From assembly GCA_027923505.1 (NCBI GenBank), contig BROI01000010.1, positions 558,001 through 622,000 on the forward strand: a stretch of DNA of 64,000 bases. Reading direction: 5' to 3'. This document shows positions 33,356-45,216 of the stretch, one piece after another. The stretch is from Mayamaea pseudoterrestris. Lineage: Eukaryota. The notes beneath the pieces are model-generated. The model was not told where the DNA came from. It ran no database searches and saw only the letters and a program-made list of their open reading frames with translations. Position numbers and translations under genes: made by a program. The number at the start of each line of letters is the position of its first letter. Within the stretch, counting starts at the first letter, position 1.

Positions 33356-36300
33356 ATGTCAAAGAAATTTTTTCGTCCGCCGGCTCAGCAATTTGACGAT
33401 GACTCCGATGAAGATTCGGACGACGAGGAGCTTCTCGACGAAGACGATGAGGTTGCACCAGCGCCGTCCCAAGCAACAGGAACAATTAGCGCCAATTTGA
33501 GTGATGGCTCTGAAGATGATGATGATGATGATGATGACGATGAAAAGGAAGTTGAAGAAGCTACAAAGCGCAAATCATCCACTTCGGGAGGACGCGAAAA
33601 GAAGCGACTTAAGGCAAGCAGTTTTTTCGATATCGAAGCCGAAGCAAGTGATGACGATGATGACGACGACCAAGATTACGCTCGTAACAAGGACAAGGAA
33701 GAAATGGACGAGGAAGCCAAGGAGATTATGCGTCAGCAGGATCGTCGCCGCGCCCAGGCTGGCTTGGCTTTCTCGGATCGATCCGTTCAAGATATTTCGC
33801 GCGAAATTGAGCAGCGTCACCGTATGCAGAATAGAACTGTGGATCGGAGTAGATTCATGGAGCGCCCGCAGCAAGAAAGACCTGTTCCGAATGCTACGGC
33901 TTTGAAAGCAAAAACAAGTGCATCGTTGTCTCGACCCGTCGTGGAAGCGGGTGGAGCCGTAGATGGTGGTGGTGGTGGGCCTGAAGTTTACTCGGCGGTT
34001 GCGCAGCAAAGTCTCATGCCGTCGGTCTCGGATCCAAGCCTTTGGATGGTTTCTTGTCTGGGAGGAAAGGAGCAGGAATTAGTGTTTCAAATTATGAACA
34101 AATGTAGTGCATTTGCTCGGCAGGGCCGTCCATTAGGCATAAGCGCGGCGATTACCGGTCAAACTAGAGGCAAGATCTACATTGAAAGCTTTAGTGAGCC
34201 TGCCGTCATGGAGGCCATCCAAGGCGTTCGAGGATTGATGCAGAGTTCCATGCGTCTTGTCCCCATCCAAGACATGACAACTGTTTTGAACGTGACGTCG
34301 ACCAAGAAGCCAGTCAAAAAGAACGAGTGGGTCCGCATGGCGCGAGGCCAATACAAGGGCGACCTGGCTTTGGTCATGGGCGTCAAGGAGTCCGGCTTGA
34401 AATGCATCATCCAGTGCGTGCCTCGGCTGGACTTGACACTCTCGGATTTGACGCCAGAGGAGGCACGAGTCCGCCGCAAGACCGTGCGTCCTCCGCAAAA
34501 GTTTTTTCATGTGCAAGAGATTGCTGCACTTGGGAAGCACAGTCTTCGCCAGCGATTTCCTGGCCTTGACTTGTATTGCGATTATTTTGAAGGCAATTAT
34601 TACAAGGACGGTTACCTTTTGAAGGAAATGGCAGTAGGCACAATGGTAAAGCCGACAACAGACGAAGATCCGCCTACACTTGATGAGTTGCAACGCTTTC
34701 AGAAACGAAAGGCTGAGAACGAAGCCTACGAGGATGGTGTCCAGGAGAACGAAGGCTCGAAAATGGCTGCATCACTTCTTGACGAGCTGTCGGAGCTACA
34801 AGGAACAACTGGGATGGGACGCGGAAATCCCGGTGGAGCTGGGTTGTTGATCGGGGACACGGTCGAAGTAACGGAAGGTGATCTTATTGGCATGCGCGGA
34901 AAATTGGTGAGCATGGATGGTTCCACGGTCAAAATAATACCCACCAATACGAGCGTCGACCTTGGTGGAACGGACGAAGTTGAGTTTCTTGCCAGTCAAG
35001 TGCGAAAGTTTATTTCTGTCGGGGCGCACGTTAAGATTACGGATGGACGCTACGCGAACGAAACTGGTGTCGTTGTCGCCGTTGATCAGTCGGGGGGAGA
35101 GATTGACTTTACAGCGGTTGTTCTCACGGATGTTACCAACAAGGAAATTTCAGTCCGCACCTCGCAACTTCGAGAGTCAGCTGAAGTTGCAAGCGGCCAG
35201 GACAAACTTCAAGGCTATGAGTTGTTCGATTTGGTGGTCCTTAGTGGCGGTGGCTCGGCCAATGAAGTGGGAGTGATTGTTCGTGTCGGACGCGAGGATT
35301 TTACTGTCATTAATAACCATGGTATCGCTCGCGAAGTTCGCCCCGAAGAATTGCGCGGGAAAAGGAACTCTACGTCTATGCGAGCCGTCGCTCTCGATGT
35401 GCAGGGGAATCAGATACGTGTGGGTGATACAGTCAACGTCGTTGAAGGGCCGCACAAGGGCAAGTCTGCCACGATTAAACGAGTCAGTCGCGCGCAGCTT
35501 TTCTTGCATTCGCAGACGCGATCCGAGCATGCTGGTATTTTTGTCGTCCGAAGTAGGAGCTGTATCTTAGCTGGGAATCGTTCTCAAGCTCGAGGAGCAT
35601 CGGCCGACGCTGGAGCGAGTCCATTTGCCACCCCACAGTCACAGTCATTTGGTGGTTCTGGACCCGCCCGCGCCAAGCGAGATGATTTTCTTACCGGGAA
35701 GACTGTAAGAATCCAGTCTGGACAGTGGAAGGGTTACCTTGGCACTGTTGCCGATTCAACGGCCACGCATGTGCAGGTCGAACTTCATTCTCGCTTGAAA
35801 AAGGTTATGGTTGTTCGCGAAAGAGTGGCTGTAGTTGGGGACAAGTTTGGCGCGACGGACATACATGAGGCGGATGCTCAGATTGGCACGATGGCAGCTC
35901 CCAACAACATGGCAACTCCCATGCACGTTCAGATGGGTGGCGCAACGCCGGCTGTCCATGGCTTTGGAGGGGCGACTCCAGCGCACAACACTGAAAATTC
36001 CGAAGATGTCTGGCGTCCTGGTGGAGCGATTGATCAGACTGACGCCGTGAAGGAAGAAGACGACGACGGTTGGGGCTCTACAAGTGACCCGTTTGAGATG
36101 ACAAAGACCGAGGACAGTTGGAGTGGCACCGGCCAAAATCCGACTTGGAGCGTCAAAGAGGAGCTCCCTCCTCCACTTAAACAGGAGCTCAATCCTTACA
36201 CAAACAACATTGTTAAGCGAGAGATAAAGAATGAGATGGAAGACATGGATAACGACGAGACGCCTGCCTGGTTTATGGAGAGGGTCTGTGTCAGTTTGAA

Positions 36301-36577
36301 GAGCGATGAGACGCAAGCAGTGATTAAAGAAATAAACACTGACAAGACGGCATTAATTGAGCTTGACGATAAGTCAATTAAGACGGTTCGTGTTAGTGAT
36401 CTCACATTTGTTTTGCCAAAAGAGCACGATACCGTTCTTGTCATTGGAGGCAATGAAATTGGGTTAGAGGGTTCGCTCGTCTGCGTGGACGGATCGGATG
36501 CGATTTTAAAGGACGCCAACGATGAGTTTAAGATCATTGAGTTTTCGTTGCTCGTCAAGATAACGGGGTTTGATTAA
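33356..36577 (+). CDS. SPT5: Transcription elongation factor SPT5
   Basis: Acidic N-terminus with FFDIEAE, NGN domain (PSVSDPSLWMVSC), multiple KOW motifs and GGATP C-terminal repeats. Confidence 0.96.
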   Translation: MSKKFFRPPAQQFDDDSDEDSDDEELLDEDDEVAPAPSQATGTISANLSDGSEDDDDDDDDDEKEVEEATKRKSSTSGGREKKRLKASSFFDIEAEASDDDDDDDQDYARNKDKEEMDEEAKEIMRQQDRRRAQAGLAFSDRSVQDISREIEQRHRMQNRTVDRSRFMERPQQERPVPNATALKAKTSASLSRPVVEAGGAVDGGGGGPEVYSAVAQQSLMPSVSDPSLWMVSCLGGKEQELVFQIMNKCSAFARQGRPLGISAAITGQTRGKIYIESFSEPAVMEAIQGVRGLMQSSMRLVPIQDMTTVLNVTSTKKPVKKNEWVRMARGQYKGDLALVMGVKESGLKCIIQCVPRLDLTLSDLTPEEARVRRKTVRPPQKFFHVQEIAALGKHSLRQRFPGLDLYCDYFEGNYYKDGYLLKEMAVGTMVKPTTDEDPPTLDELQRFQKRKAENEAYEDGVQENEGSKMAASLLDELSELQGTTGMGRGNPGGAGLLIGDTVEVTEGDLIGMRGKLVSMDGSTVKIIPTNTSVDLGGTDEVEFLASQVRKFISVGAHVKITDGRYANETGVVVAVDQSGGEIDFTAVVLTDVTNKEISVRTSQLRESAEVASGQDKLQGYELFDLVVLSGGGSANEVGVIVRVGREDFTVINNHGIAREVRPEELRGKRNSTSMRAVALDVQGNQIRVGDTVNVVEGPHKGKSATIKRVSRAQLFLHSQTRSEHAGIFVVRSRSCILAGNRSQARGASADAGASPFATPQSQSFGGSGPARAKRDDFLTGKTVRIQSGQWKGYLGTVADSTATHVQVELHSRLKKVMVVRERVAVVGDKFGATDIHEADAQIGTMAAPNNMATPMHVQMGGATPAVHGFGGATPAHNTENSEDVWRPGGAIDQTDAVKEEDDDGWGSTSDPFEMTKTEDSWSGTGQNPTWSVKEELPPPLKQELNPYTNNIVKREIKNEMEDMDNDETPAWFMERVCVSLKSDETQAVIKEINTDKTALIELDDKSIKTVRVSDLTFVLPKEHDTVLVIGGNEIGLEGSLVCVDGSDAILKDANDEFKIIEFSLLVKITGFD

Positions 36578-37140
36578 CCTGATGGAAGTGGAACAGCCTA
36601 ATCGGCTGCTCACTCCCTTGGTTCTCGGCAAAACAATCATGTCTTGAATTGAAAAAATATAACCACAGTTATGTTTATGATATAAATATTACTCGACAGG
36701 ATATACTACCGGTAGGTGTATAATGCAAGTATAGGGACGACAAGGGATATCTAAGGGAGATGTCATCTACCGGTACCTATGTACCGACAAGATGTCAAGG
36801 CAGATTCTGCTGGTTAAGACTGGTGAGAAGTTCTCACCAGTCACACTGCAGCCTACTGAGACATTAGCCAGGCATAGCATCTTGTAGCGCAGCCTAAATA
36901 ATGATTTTGACACCATGCTTGTGTAATATGGGTGTATACATGGCGTGATGTATGTTTTTTTTTGAGTCGCTGATGGTTCGCCGCGGGAAGGTAGCGCGCA
37001 CCGACAAGCCGGGCGAACCTCAGTTGCACGATGGATGACAAAATTTGGCTGCCCGTTGGACGAGTTGCTTATGGTTGTGCTGCTCATACCATTACAGTAC
37101 CACGATCAAACTCCATTACTTCCATTGATAGCTATCCAGA

Positions 37141-38220
37141 ATGATGAAAGTCAATTTTATTCTGAGCATTTGTGTATCAATCATACCCTGCAGCTTGGGG
37201 CGATCATGGGTGAATCTCGTCGACCCAGCCATTTACCTGGCCAGTGCGATTGATTACGGGCGAGTTGAGAAGTCTTTGGAGCATGATCCTTACGAATTTA
37301 CATCCCAATATGATTTCAATACGCAAGCCCCAACAAGTAAACCGTCCAACGCAGTAGAAGAGGCAGCGGAGAGTCCGACACTAGCGCCTACGCAAACGAC
37401 AGAGTCACCGTCGTTTGCTCCGACAACTCGATACGAAAACGTTATCGGTAACGGTGGATGTCCAGTTGGTAAGCACCTATATGAAATACGCATGGTCGAT
37501 AGCTGGGGCGACGGATGGGATGGAACATTAATGACTATATTGGGAACTCGCGTCTCGCAAGATTCACAATATGCCACGACGAGTGGAACGACTACTAGTT
37601 CATCCGTTTATTCGTCCGTTCAGGTGAAGCAAAAGCAAGCGACAATTGATATTTTCAAAGGACGTCTCAGTAGTGGATCAGAGGGTTATCGATACATATG
37701 CTTGCAAGCTAATGTTTGCTACTCAGTGAATGTTGACGGAGGAACATGGCAATCAGAGATAGTATGGGAACTTCGAAGAGTGGAACTTGGTATTGCTCGC
37801 GAAGACCGGGACGAAGGCTTGGCGACGGCAAAGGGTGGGGCACCAGAAGCATGCCAGTTCTCGATTCCAAATTCTTACGCAGAATTGGCATGCCCGGTAA
37901 ACTGCGGCCTCAAGAAAACGACTTCTCCGACGACGCTTTCCACTTCATCGCCTGCCCCGACGCCTACACCCACTGCCCCGCCTTCCTATTCTCCATCTCA
38001 GTTGCCCGTACCATCCACCTCCCATCCAACATTGTCACCATTGTTGCAACAGGTTGGGAGCGATGCAGACGACGACAATGCGAGCACCAACGTGACAACT
38101 ACCGAGCAAAGAAATGCAAGTTATTATTGGAAAGACAACAGAAACAAAGCATATGAGAACACTAGTGATTCAGATTTTGCAAGCGATAGACCAAGCTTAA
38201 GTCCGTCACAGGATGCCTAA
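37141..38220 (+). CDS. Secreted protein with DSWGDGW motif domain and Pro/Thr/Ser-rich linkers
   Basis: Signal-like N-terminus, Cys-containing domain EIRMVDSWGDGWDG and SPTLAPT/APTPTP repeats. Confidence 0.75.
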   Translation: MMKVNFILSICVSIIPCSLGRSWVNLVDPAIYLASAIDYGRVEKSLEHDPYEFTSQYDFNTQAPTSKPSNAVEEAAESPTLAPTQTTESPSFAPTTRYENVIGNGGCPVGKHLYEIRMVDSWGDGWDGTLMTILGTRVSQDSQYATTSGTTTSSSVYSSVQVKQKQATIDIFKGRLSSGSEGYRYICLQANVCYSVNVDGGTWQSEIVWELRRVELGIAREDRDEGLATAKGGAPEACQFSIPNSYAELACPVNCGLKKTTSPTTLSTSSPAPTPTPTAPPSYSPSQLPVPSTSHPTLSPLLQQVGSDADDDNASTNVTTTEQRNASYYWKDNRNKAYENTSDSDFASDRPSLSPSQDA

Positions 38221-38394
38221 TTCATTTCATTGTTTGACTGCGAAGAATTCGCCTAACAAGGTATAAGATTACATGTCGCACATTGATAGCTTAATATGTC
38301 TACAACGGCATTGAGTACAACGACTTGTAAAAGTTTATAACTGTCATTTACATTTGGCTAGCCGAGAAGCGAAGACCACCTGAGAAAACTGCTT

Positions 38395-38817
38395 CTAGTT
38401 GTTGCTGCTGCAAGAGTCTGTGAGACCCTCCACAACTAGAAAAGTTCCATCTTCCGCGCGCTGTACATTGTATACTTTTCGCACGCATTCGCGAGGTATT
38501 CCTCCAAATATATGTGGGCATTGAAGCTTTGGATCTTTCTCTGATTCCACCATTTTTGTTTCGATGCTGTTGACTTTCAATCCGACAACATCAATCTCTA
38601 TACAAACCCACTCCAGTTCCGTAGAACTCTTGTAGAAACAATTTGCCAGTTCCATGAGACGCAAAGGCTCATGAGTAGCGTGCGTAAATTTGTCCGTGTC
38701 GTAGGCCTTGGGGTAGTAAATGGAAGCCTTCGCGTCATAGTCTGATTTCGGGCAGAGATGCCAAACGTGAGACGGCAAATGTGCCGCCTCGGCGGCAATG
38801 GCATGAAACCTTTTCAA
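38395..38817 (-). CDS. DUF952-family protein (start codon unresolved)
   Basis: VWHLC...YYPKAYDTDKFTHAT...ANCFY...CIEID...CPHIFGGIP...V is the DUF952 pattern. Confidence 0.75.
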   Translation of the reverse strand: MKRFHAIAAEAAHLPSHVWHLCPKSDYDAKASIYYPKAYDTDKFTHATHEPLRLMELANCFYKSSTELEWVCIEIDVVGLKVNSIETKMVESEKDPKLQCPHIFGGIPRECVRKVYNVQRAEDGTFLVVEGLTDSCSSNN

Positions 38818-39136
38818 CTACCTGAGACGACAAATGATAAGGTTATCGCCAACAACGCGTGATGGGTTTAGAGGTGGGAAATCGGAAATGCCTCGTCGTC
38901 GTTGGTGCAATCGAATCGAATGGGGGAGAATCGTAAACATCGGACCGGTACTAAAAGGCAAATGAAAGTCATACCGGTACTTGGCTCATTACTTGTTTCC
39001 ATGCCCTCGCGCCACCCATTATTTTTCAAAGAACTTTCGCTTTTCAATCAATTGCAGTGTTGCATCGACAAGGTCTCCATCGACTGACAACTTGCACAGG
39101 AAACAGTGGTCACAAAGTGTTGTCGATTTATCAATC

Positions 39137-41320
39137 ATGCCAGTCTATAACTTTAAAACGCTTAAGCCGGTGCCTACGGCGCCGGAGCTGATCGACATTG
39201 TGTTGATGCGGACCCAGCGCAGAACGCCGACGGTGATTCATCCGGGATACAAGATTCAGCGCATTCGAGCTTTCTAGTAAGTTTTTGTATGCGTCTCTGT
39301 GCAATGGCTATCGCGACGATGCGTTCGCTCACCAATTCTACGAATCCTTAGCATGCGAAAGATCAAGTTTACGCAACAGACGATATCCGAGCGCTTGAGC
39401 CAAATCTTGACAGAGTTTCCTCGCTTGAATGACATTCATCCCTTTTATGCTGATCTTTGCAACACCCTCTATGATCGCGATCATTACAAGCTTGCGCTTG
39501 GTCAAATCAACACAGCTCGCTCACTCGTTGACCAAATTGCTCGCGACATGATTCGCATGGTCAAGTACGGTGACTCGTTGTATCGGTGCAAGTGCCTCAA
39601 GCGGGCCGCTCTTGGAAGAATGTGCACCGTCCTCAAGCGACAAAAGGCCAGTCTCTCCTACCTTGAAGAGGTTCGCAAGCACATGTCGCGCCTTCCCGCG
39701 TTGGATCCCAACACGCGCACTATTTTAATGTGCGGACTCCCCAACGTTGGCAAGAGTAGTTTCATGAACAAGATTACCAGAGGTAATGTTGATGTTCAGC
39801 CTTACGCTTTCACCACAAAGTCACTCTTTGTTGGGCATTGCGACTACAAGTACTTGCGTTGGCAGGTGATTGACACGCCGGGAATTCTTGATCACCCGCT
39901 GGAGGAACGCAATACCATTGAAATGCAGGCCATTATTGCACTTGCACATTTGCAATGCAGCGTCCTATACTTTATCGACGTGTCTGAGCAATGTGGATAC
40001 ACAATTGAGCAGCAATGCTCGCTCTTTCGGAGCATTATGCCCTTGTTTGCTAACAAGCAACTCATCATCGCTATAAACAAGATTGATGTTCAGCCTTGGG
40101 AAATGGTGGAAAGTGACAAGCGCGAAATGATTGAGCGACTCGCGGACGGCTCCAATTGTACAATCATGCAGATGTCCAACATTTCCGAGCAAGGGGTTTC
40201 GGAGATCAAGGCCACGGCTTGCGATAAGTTGCTTGAGTCTCGCGTCGATGCCCGCATTTCAGGGAAGAAGGTTGACACCATTATGAACCGTCTTCAAGTG
40301 TTTACACCGGCATTGCGCGACAGTGTGACGAGAGAGGCATTTATACCAGAGTCAGTGGTGGAAGCTCGCGAGCATGGTTGGGAGAGCAAGACTCGATCCA
40401 GAATTGGATACGCCATGACTAAGGACGACGATGTTGACGATGAGCTAATGACCGCAGCCGACGCAATCAAGACGGCGCGCGACGAGATGTGGGAGAATGG
40501 TGGTCCAGGCGTTTGGGCGCCGGACTATCGCGTGCAGTACGATCTCAAGCACCCCGAATGGCGTTTTGATGCCATTCCAGAGATTATGGATGGCAAAAAC
40601 ATAAGCGACTATATTGATCCTGACATCATGCTCAAATTGGACCAGCTTGAACAAGAGGAGGAGCAACTAGTCGCTGAACTTGATGCCGCTCGCATGGGCG
40701 AAGAACCAGAATCAGATCTTGATTCAGAGGAAGAAGCAGCTGTCTACGCGATTCGATCGCGCAAGGCCAAGATTAAGGACTTGAAACTTGTGAATCAGAC
40801 ACAAAACAAACCTATGATGCCTCTTGCCATTCGAGGACGAACCAAGGATATGCATGACATTGGACGTCTTGAACCAGGTGCGATTAAGAAGAAAATGGAG
40901 AGCCTTGGCGTCGATGCCACTGCCATGATTGAACGCGGTCGCTCCAGAGAAAGACTAGACCGTGGAAGGAAGCGCGAGCGCTCACTGGTCAAGGCTTTGG
41001 AGGATTCAGTTGCCGACAGTATGGACACGGATGATGTTCCAGACGGTGCCAGCAAGGGTACGCTGAAAAAGGTCAAGAAGGCAAGCGCGTCGGAGCGTAA
41101 TCGGTCGGTGAGCCAGGCGAGAAGTCACTCGCGCCCGCGGGAACCTTCGCAGATGGGCTTGAAGGACAAGGAGAGTGCGGAGGTTGCCAAGAAGCTTGAC
41201 CGCCTGGGTCGTAGTGCCTGGAAGGGCAGTTCCGGTGAGGGCGATCAGCGCAAGGCTGTCCATTTGGTAAAGTGGATGAACACGGGTAAGAAGCGCAACG
41301 GCACACACTATTGCAGGTAG
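39137..41320 (+). CDS. NOG1: Nucleolar GTP-binding protein 1; intron 39277-39351
   Basis: [55 protein letters not shown] and a [11 protein letters not shown] end. Confidence 0.97.
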
Positions 41321-41583
41321 AATATGATGATAACTTAGTCGTAACACGTTGCTATTTAAATGTCTGAGTGTTTTACTGTGTACTTTATTTGGTAACGGTC
41401 TGATACCGTTGACAGCCAGGAATGCCGGCATCTAGGGTGAGACCAAGCGTCTCAGTGTCCCTGGCTGTCTGCTGTTGTATATAGTGTAACAAAATTGATT
41501 GTTTCAATGGCTGTTCTGTAGAAGGTGGTCCCTTGTGTGCTTTGTTCAGGGTTAGGGTGCCGTATGATTGCAAAGATCCTCGT

Positions 41584-42579
41584 TCAGTAAGTTTTGCGGC
41601 GCTTATTGGTGAATCCATTGGCTTGCGCAAGTGACGACTTCAATAAATGCTTCTCAGATTCGTCGTTGAGCGCAAATAGGTTGTCATCTGAGATGGACCT
41701 TGCCGCGCAGGAAGAGATAAACTCGCGAGGTGGAGGATCAAATGCTTCACTGCTGATGACGTGAGGAATACCCTTGCCTATGCTTTCATAGCTGAGACTG
41801 TAAAGTCGATGCAGTTGGTTCCTGGCGTCCTGGATTCTACTGGAGTCGGGGTTCATCGGCGTCCCCTTCCGAATGGCTTGAATTGCGCATTTAGAGTCGC
41901 ACTCTTGGTCGGCAATGACAGAGTTCATAAAAGCAGCAAGTGCGACATCAGAAGCCTTGAACCGCGACAGACTTGCATCGCAAATGGCTAGTTCCGAAAG
42001 ATAAACAGCGCTGTCAAACAGTGAGGCGCGTCGCTCCGAAGACGGTAAGTTGGCGATCATCACCTTTAAGAATTCCTGCGGAGCGACAATGCGATTTTCC
42101 CACGTAAGGCTCTTGACAATGTCGCTCCCTGCTTCAATCAGATGTTTTCTTGTAATGCCTCGTCGGCTCATGCGTATAAAGTCGGCAATCTCAACTTGCG
42201 CCGAACCTGCAATTCTCATGGCGAGAAAGATAGCAGCGAGTGACGCCTTTTCGTAGCGCGTCCCATACATGATGGATCCTTTCTTCACGTTCGCAAGGCA
42301 GTATCGATCGAGAATGTTCATGGCAAAGTAGACTATGCTTCGTTCCTCTTGCATGTGGTCGGTAACGTGGAACATCCAAACAGAAACTTTCTCGCGCCAT
42401 GATTCATTCGGTGCGATAGTGCTGTTTGCTAAGGTGGCGAGCGCCGAGTGATCCATTTGCGCCAAACTGACTCGCTCCGCATCCAACATGAAATTGAGGC
42501 TATCTTGAACGTGGCTGCAAGCGGTTGAAGCTGCAAGAAAAGCATCGTCAACGAGGCAGGCTGGAAGTTCCAAGTCCAT
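41584..42579 (-). CDS. Cyclin (diatom-specific cyclin type)
   Basis: Cyclin box WREKVSVWMFHVTDH...VYFAMNILDRY...AAIFLAMR, second fold YLSELAICD...KASDVALAA. Confidence 0.85.
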   Translation of the reverse strand: MDLELPACLVDDAFLAASTACSHVQDSLNFMLDAERVSLAQMDHSALATLANSTIAPNESWREKVSVWMFHVTDHMQEERSIVYFAMNILDRYCLANVKKGSIMYGTRYEKASLAAIFLAMRIAGSAQVEIADFIRMSRRGITRKHLIEAGSDIVKSLTWENRIVAPQEFLKVMIANLPSSERRASLFDSAVYLSELAICDASLSRFKASDVALAAFMNSVIADQECDSKCAIQAIRKGTPMNPDSSRIQDARNQLHRLYSLSYESIGKGIPHVISSEAFDPPPREFISSCAARSISDDNLFALNDESEKHLLKSSLAQANGFTNKRRKTY

Positions 42580-42942
42580 GGCGATGCTCAATTTGTCGGT
42601 GGAAATGATTGCGCGCAAATCGTGAAATTCTGAGACGCCGGCGGGAAGAGGTTGAAGCCAGCAATTCAAGCAGGAGGCCAACTACCGCCTGTTTACGCGG
42701 AAAGTGATGAGCGAAAGATCGCATTCAAGAAACGTCAGGCCTCCATGCCACGGTTCTCCACGGTTCAGCAATGTCATTAGCAATTTGCCAACGCAGAGGG
42801 CTTTGATGAGCAAGTATCACTATTGGTGTTGGTCCGAAGGCGCGTGCGTCCGTTTTCTGATGAGCAAGCAAGCGTCATCGTGGCTCCTGGCCAATCACAA
42901 TCCAGATTGCACGTGCCGGCCACAAGTCAAACATTTTTTAGC

Positions 42943-43050
42943 TACCGTCTGATTGAGATGAACGTAACAGAGCCGGTAGGACATTTTTAAGTTATGTACC
43001 GTCTGATTGAGATGAACGTAACAGAGCCGGTAGGACATTTTTAAGTTATG
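42943..43050. repeat. Perfect 54-bp tandem duplication upstream of the cyclin
   Basis: TACCGTCTGATTGAGATGAACGTAACAGAGCCGGTAGGACATTTTTAAGTTATG occurs twice in tandem. Confidence 0.95.
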
Positions 43051-43660
43051 CCTAATACGCCCATGAGTCATACATCGATTGATTCCTTATGCCCAAGGGA
43101 GGTGATTGGTGCAAAGACTTAAAAACGAAAGGCTAGAGTGGGTCCCGTAGAGCTCATCAAAGTGCACGTAGCCTTGGTAGGATTTGTACAGGGCGGGCCG
43201 GCGTGCACATTCGCCATCGCTGCGAGCAACGAGTTTGGGCGCCACTTTACGCGGGAACTACAAAACCAAACAAGATACTACTACCACAAATCGAAGGTTT
43301 ATGTTATTACGCTCCGTTTGCGCTAATTATATCTTTCATACGACAGCTATAGCTTGAGAAAAGTGGCCCCCCAATCAGCAGTCGACTCGCCGAGACGTTC
43401 TTCGCAATCAGACGGTACCTACAAAATGCTTTTACCTTGCGACATCCCACTTGAAGAAAGCCCAATGCTTGCCTTTCCGATACATATAATGTATCATGGA
43501 CCGATAATGCTACGAGACAGAAGCCGAAAGGACGCACTCACTGTCAGCTAGTGCATTGCCACCCTGTTTGCAGACGAAGGTCGCGCAAATAGAAGTTGCA
43601 ACTCATCGCGATTAGTGTACTTGTGTGTGATATGCTTGCTCTACTGTAAGACGGAATTAT

Positions 43661-44977
43661 TTATGCATTTTGTGAGCGAGCGCGAGTGGCATGGCTGATT
43701 CGTCGTCGGGAAAAATATAGCATGACTATTACTGCAATAAATCCCTGCCACTTCTTCGTGTCTCGAATAGAGTCCCTGCAGATCCGCAAAGCACGCATCA
43801 GCGCCAAAATGTAGCAGTGAGGCTGTATTCCTTCCAAGCTGTGTTTTGTAGCCAGCAACGCGAGTGATCCGGCCAATGCAGTTGCTGTTGCAATAAAGGT
43901 GGAAGTTTCGATGGTAGATGACAGGATTCGCCGGGTTCGTTGGCTTAGCCCCAACTGTGCCAACAAACCCAGACACGCGGACACGCCCACCTGCGTTAAA
44001 CGTTCTGATGACAATGTCTGTAGCAGCTGCATGGCGTTGGACTTTAGCTGTTCCACAAGAATTCTGAGCAGTAAGAAACCAGGTGACGGCAATGATTCCA
44101 TACACGTTGCCGCATCGCTTGACACCAATTCAGCTGCTGCGGCTACTCGTCGCCCATGGTTGTCGCTCGGCAATCGACGCTTATCAGCTCGTGACGATAA
44201 ATTTGGTAAGGTGGATCGTTCAGAGCGGCGAATAGCATCCGAGAGAAGCGGTGAAAGCTGGATGCGCAACCCATCGAGTTGCTCAGTGGAATCATCCGTC
44301 GAAGATCCAGCACTGCTGCTGCTGTCATCCAAACGCCTGGAAAACTCTGACGAGAGAATTTTCCCGTCTCTGTTGGCAAAATGTTCATCGCTCGTGTTGT
44401 TTGTCCTTGCGCAATGATGCGTAGCGTTGCTTGATAAATTTTGCTCGTTCGAACGCCCTTGCAGCCAATCCTGGACTGACGTAGGTAGTAATTTGGTGTA
44501 GCCCCCAGGATGCAATAGAAGTTCCTCGGCCTCTCTTGTGTTCATTCCAAAAATGGATTGAATCATTTGTATGCGATACTCTATATTCATGCCTGGTATT
44601 CCGTACATGAGAGCAGTTCCGATGCATGTGGCCATGCTGCAGGCAATTAATCCTTCGGGGTCAAATATGGATCGAAAAACATCGTCGAGAACAACCGTAT
44701 CCATAATTTTCGTATATTCTCTTGCTGAACTGATGAGTGAGACTATTTGTGGTCGGCATGTTTCATCAAAAACAGCCTTGACGTCCCGGCACAAAACGAT
44801 GCACCCAATGGAAATTAAAGCAAGCTCACAAATCCCGAATAATATCCAGTATATGCTAAGATGGAGCAGAATGAACGGAAGCACAGCGATAAATACCCCT
44901 GCTCCAATTATGATTGGTCCCCGCAATAGACGTTGTCGCGTTTGCAATGGGTTAGCCATGGTGGCAAGTTGTGACAT
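43661..44977 (-). CDS. Hypothetical multi-pass membrane protein
   Basis: 438-aa ORF with hydrophobic segments at both ends and a Ser-rich middle. Confidence 0.7.
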   Translation of the reverse strand: MSQLATMANPLQTRQRLLRGPIIIGAGVFIAVLPFILLHLSIYWILFGICELALISIGCIVLCRDVKAVFDETCRPQIVSLISSAREYTKIMDTVVLDDVFRSIFDPEGLIACSMATCIGTALMYGIPGMNIEYRIQMIQSIFGMNTREAEELLLHPGGYTKLLPTSVQDWLQGRSNEQNLSSNATHHCARTNNTSDEHFANRDGKILSSEFSRRLDDSSSSAGSSTDDSTEQLDGLRIQLSPLLSDAIRRSERSTLPNLSSRADKRRLPSDNHGRRVAAAAELVSSDAATCMESLPSPGFLLLRILVEQLKSNAMQLLQTLSSERLTQVGVSACLGLLAQLGLSQRTRRILSSTIETSTFIATATALAGSLALLATKHSLEGIQPHCYILALMRALRICRDSIRDTKKWQGFIAVIVMLYFSRRRISHATRARSQNA

Positions 44978-45216
44978 GAGATGCCGCTCGATGGAAGAAC
45001 AAAAGCGCCGTCCAATTTCAGTACCGCTACGATTTCAAGACTGGATTCGACAGGCGCGCCGGCGCGGGTGAAAAAACTGCCGCCGCACGATCCTTTTCGC
45101 GGCGTTGCAGAAAGACCCTCGCGCGCGTGTGCTTTCTTCAAAAGCTTTCGCACTCGTAAGCAAGCTGCTGGTTGGTTCTTGCAACTTTTGACTCGTTGTC
45201 TATCTACTTGATTGTC

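Noticed and set aside
27988..33545. GAT/GAC trinucleotide runs near 28000 and 33515 as separate repeat elements
   Set aside because: They encode ordinary poly-Asp tracts inside CDSs.
42725..42920. TGACGT / CACGTG light-responsive bZIP sites upstream of the cyclin
   Set aside because: Single hexamer hits are expected by chance, and the cyclin subtype cannot be assigned by eye.
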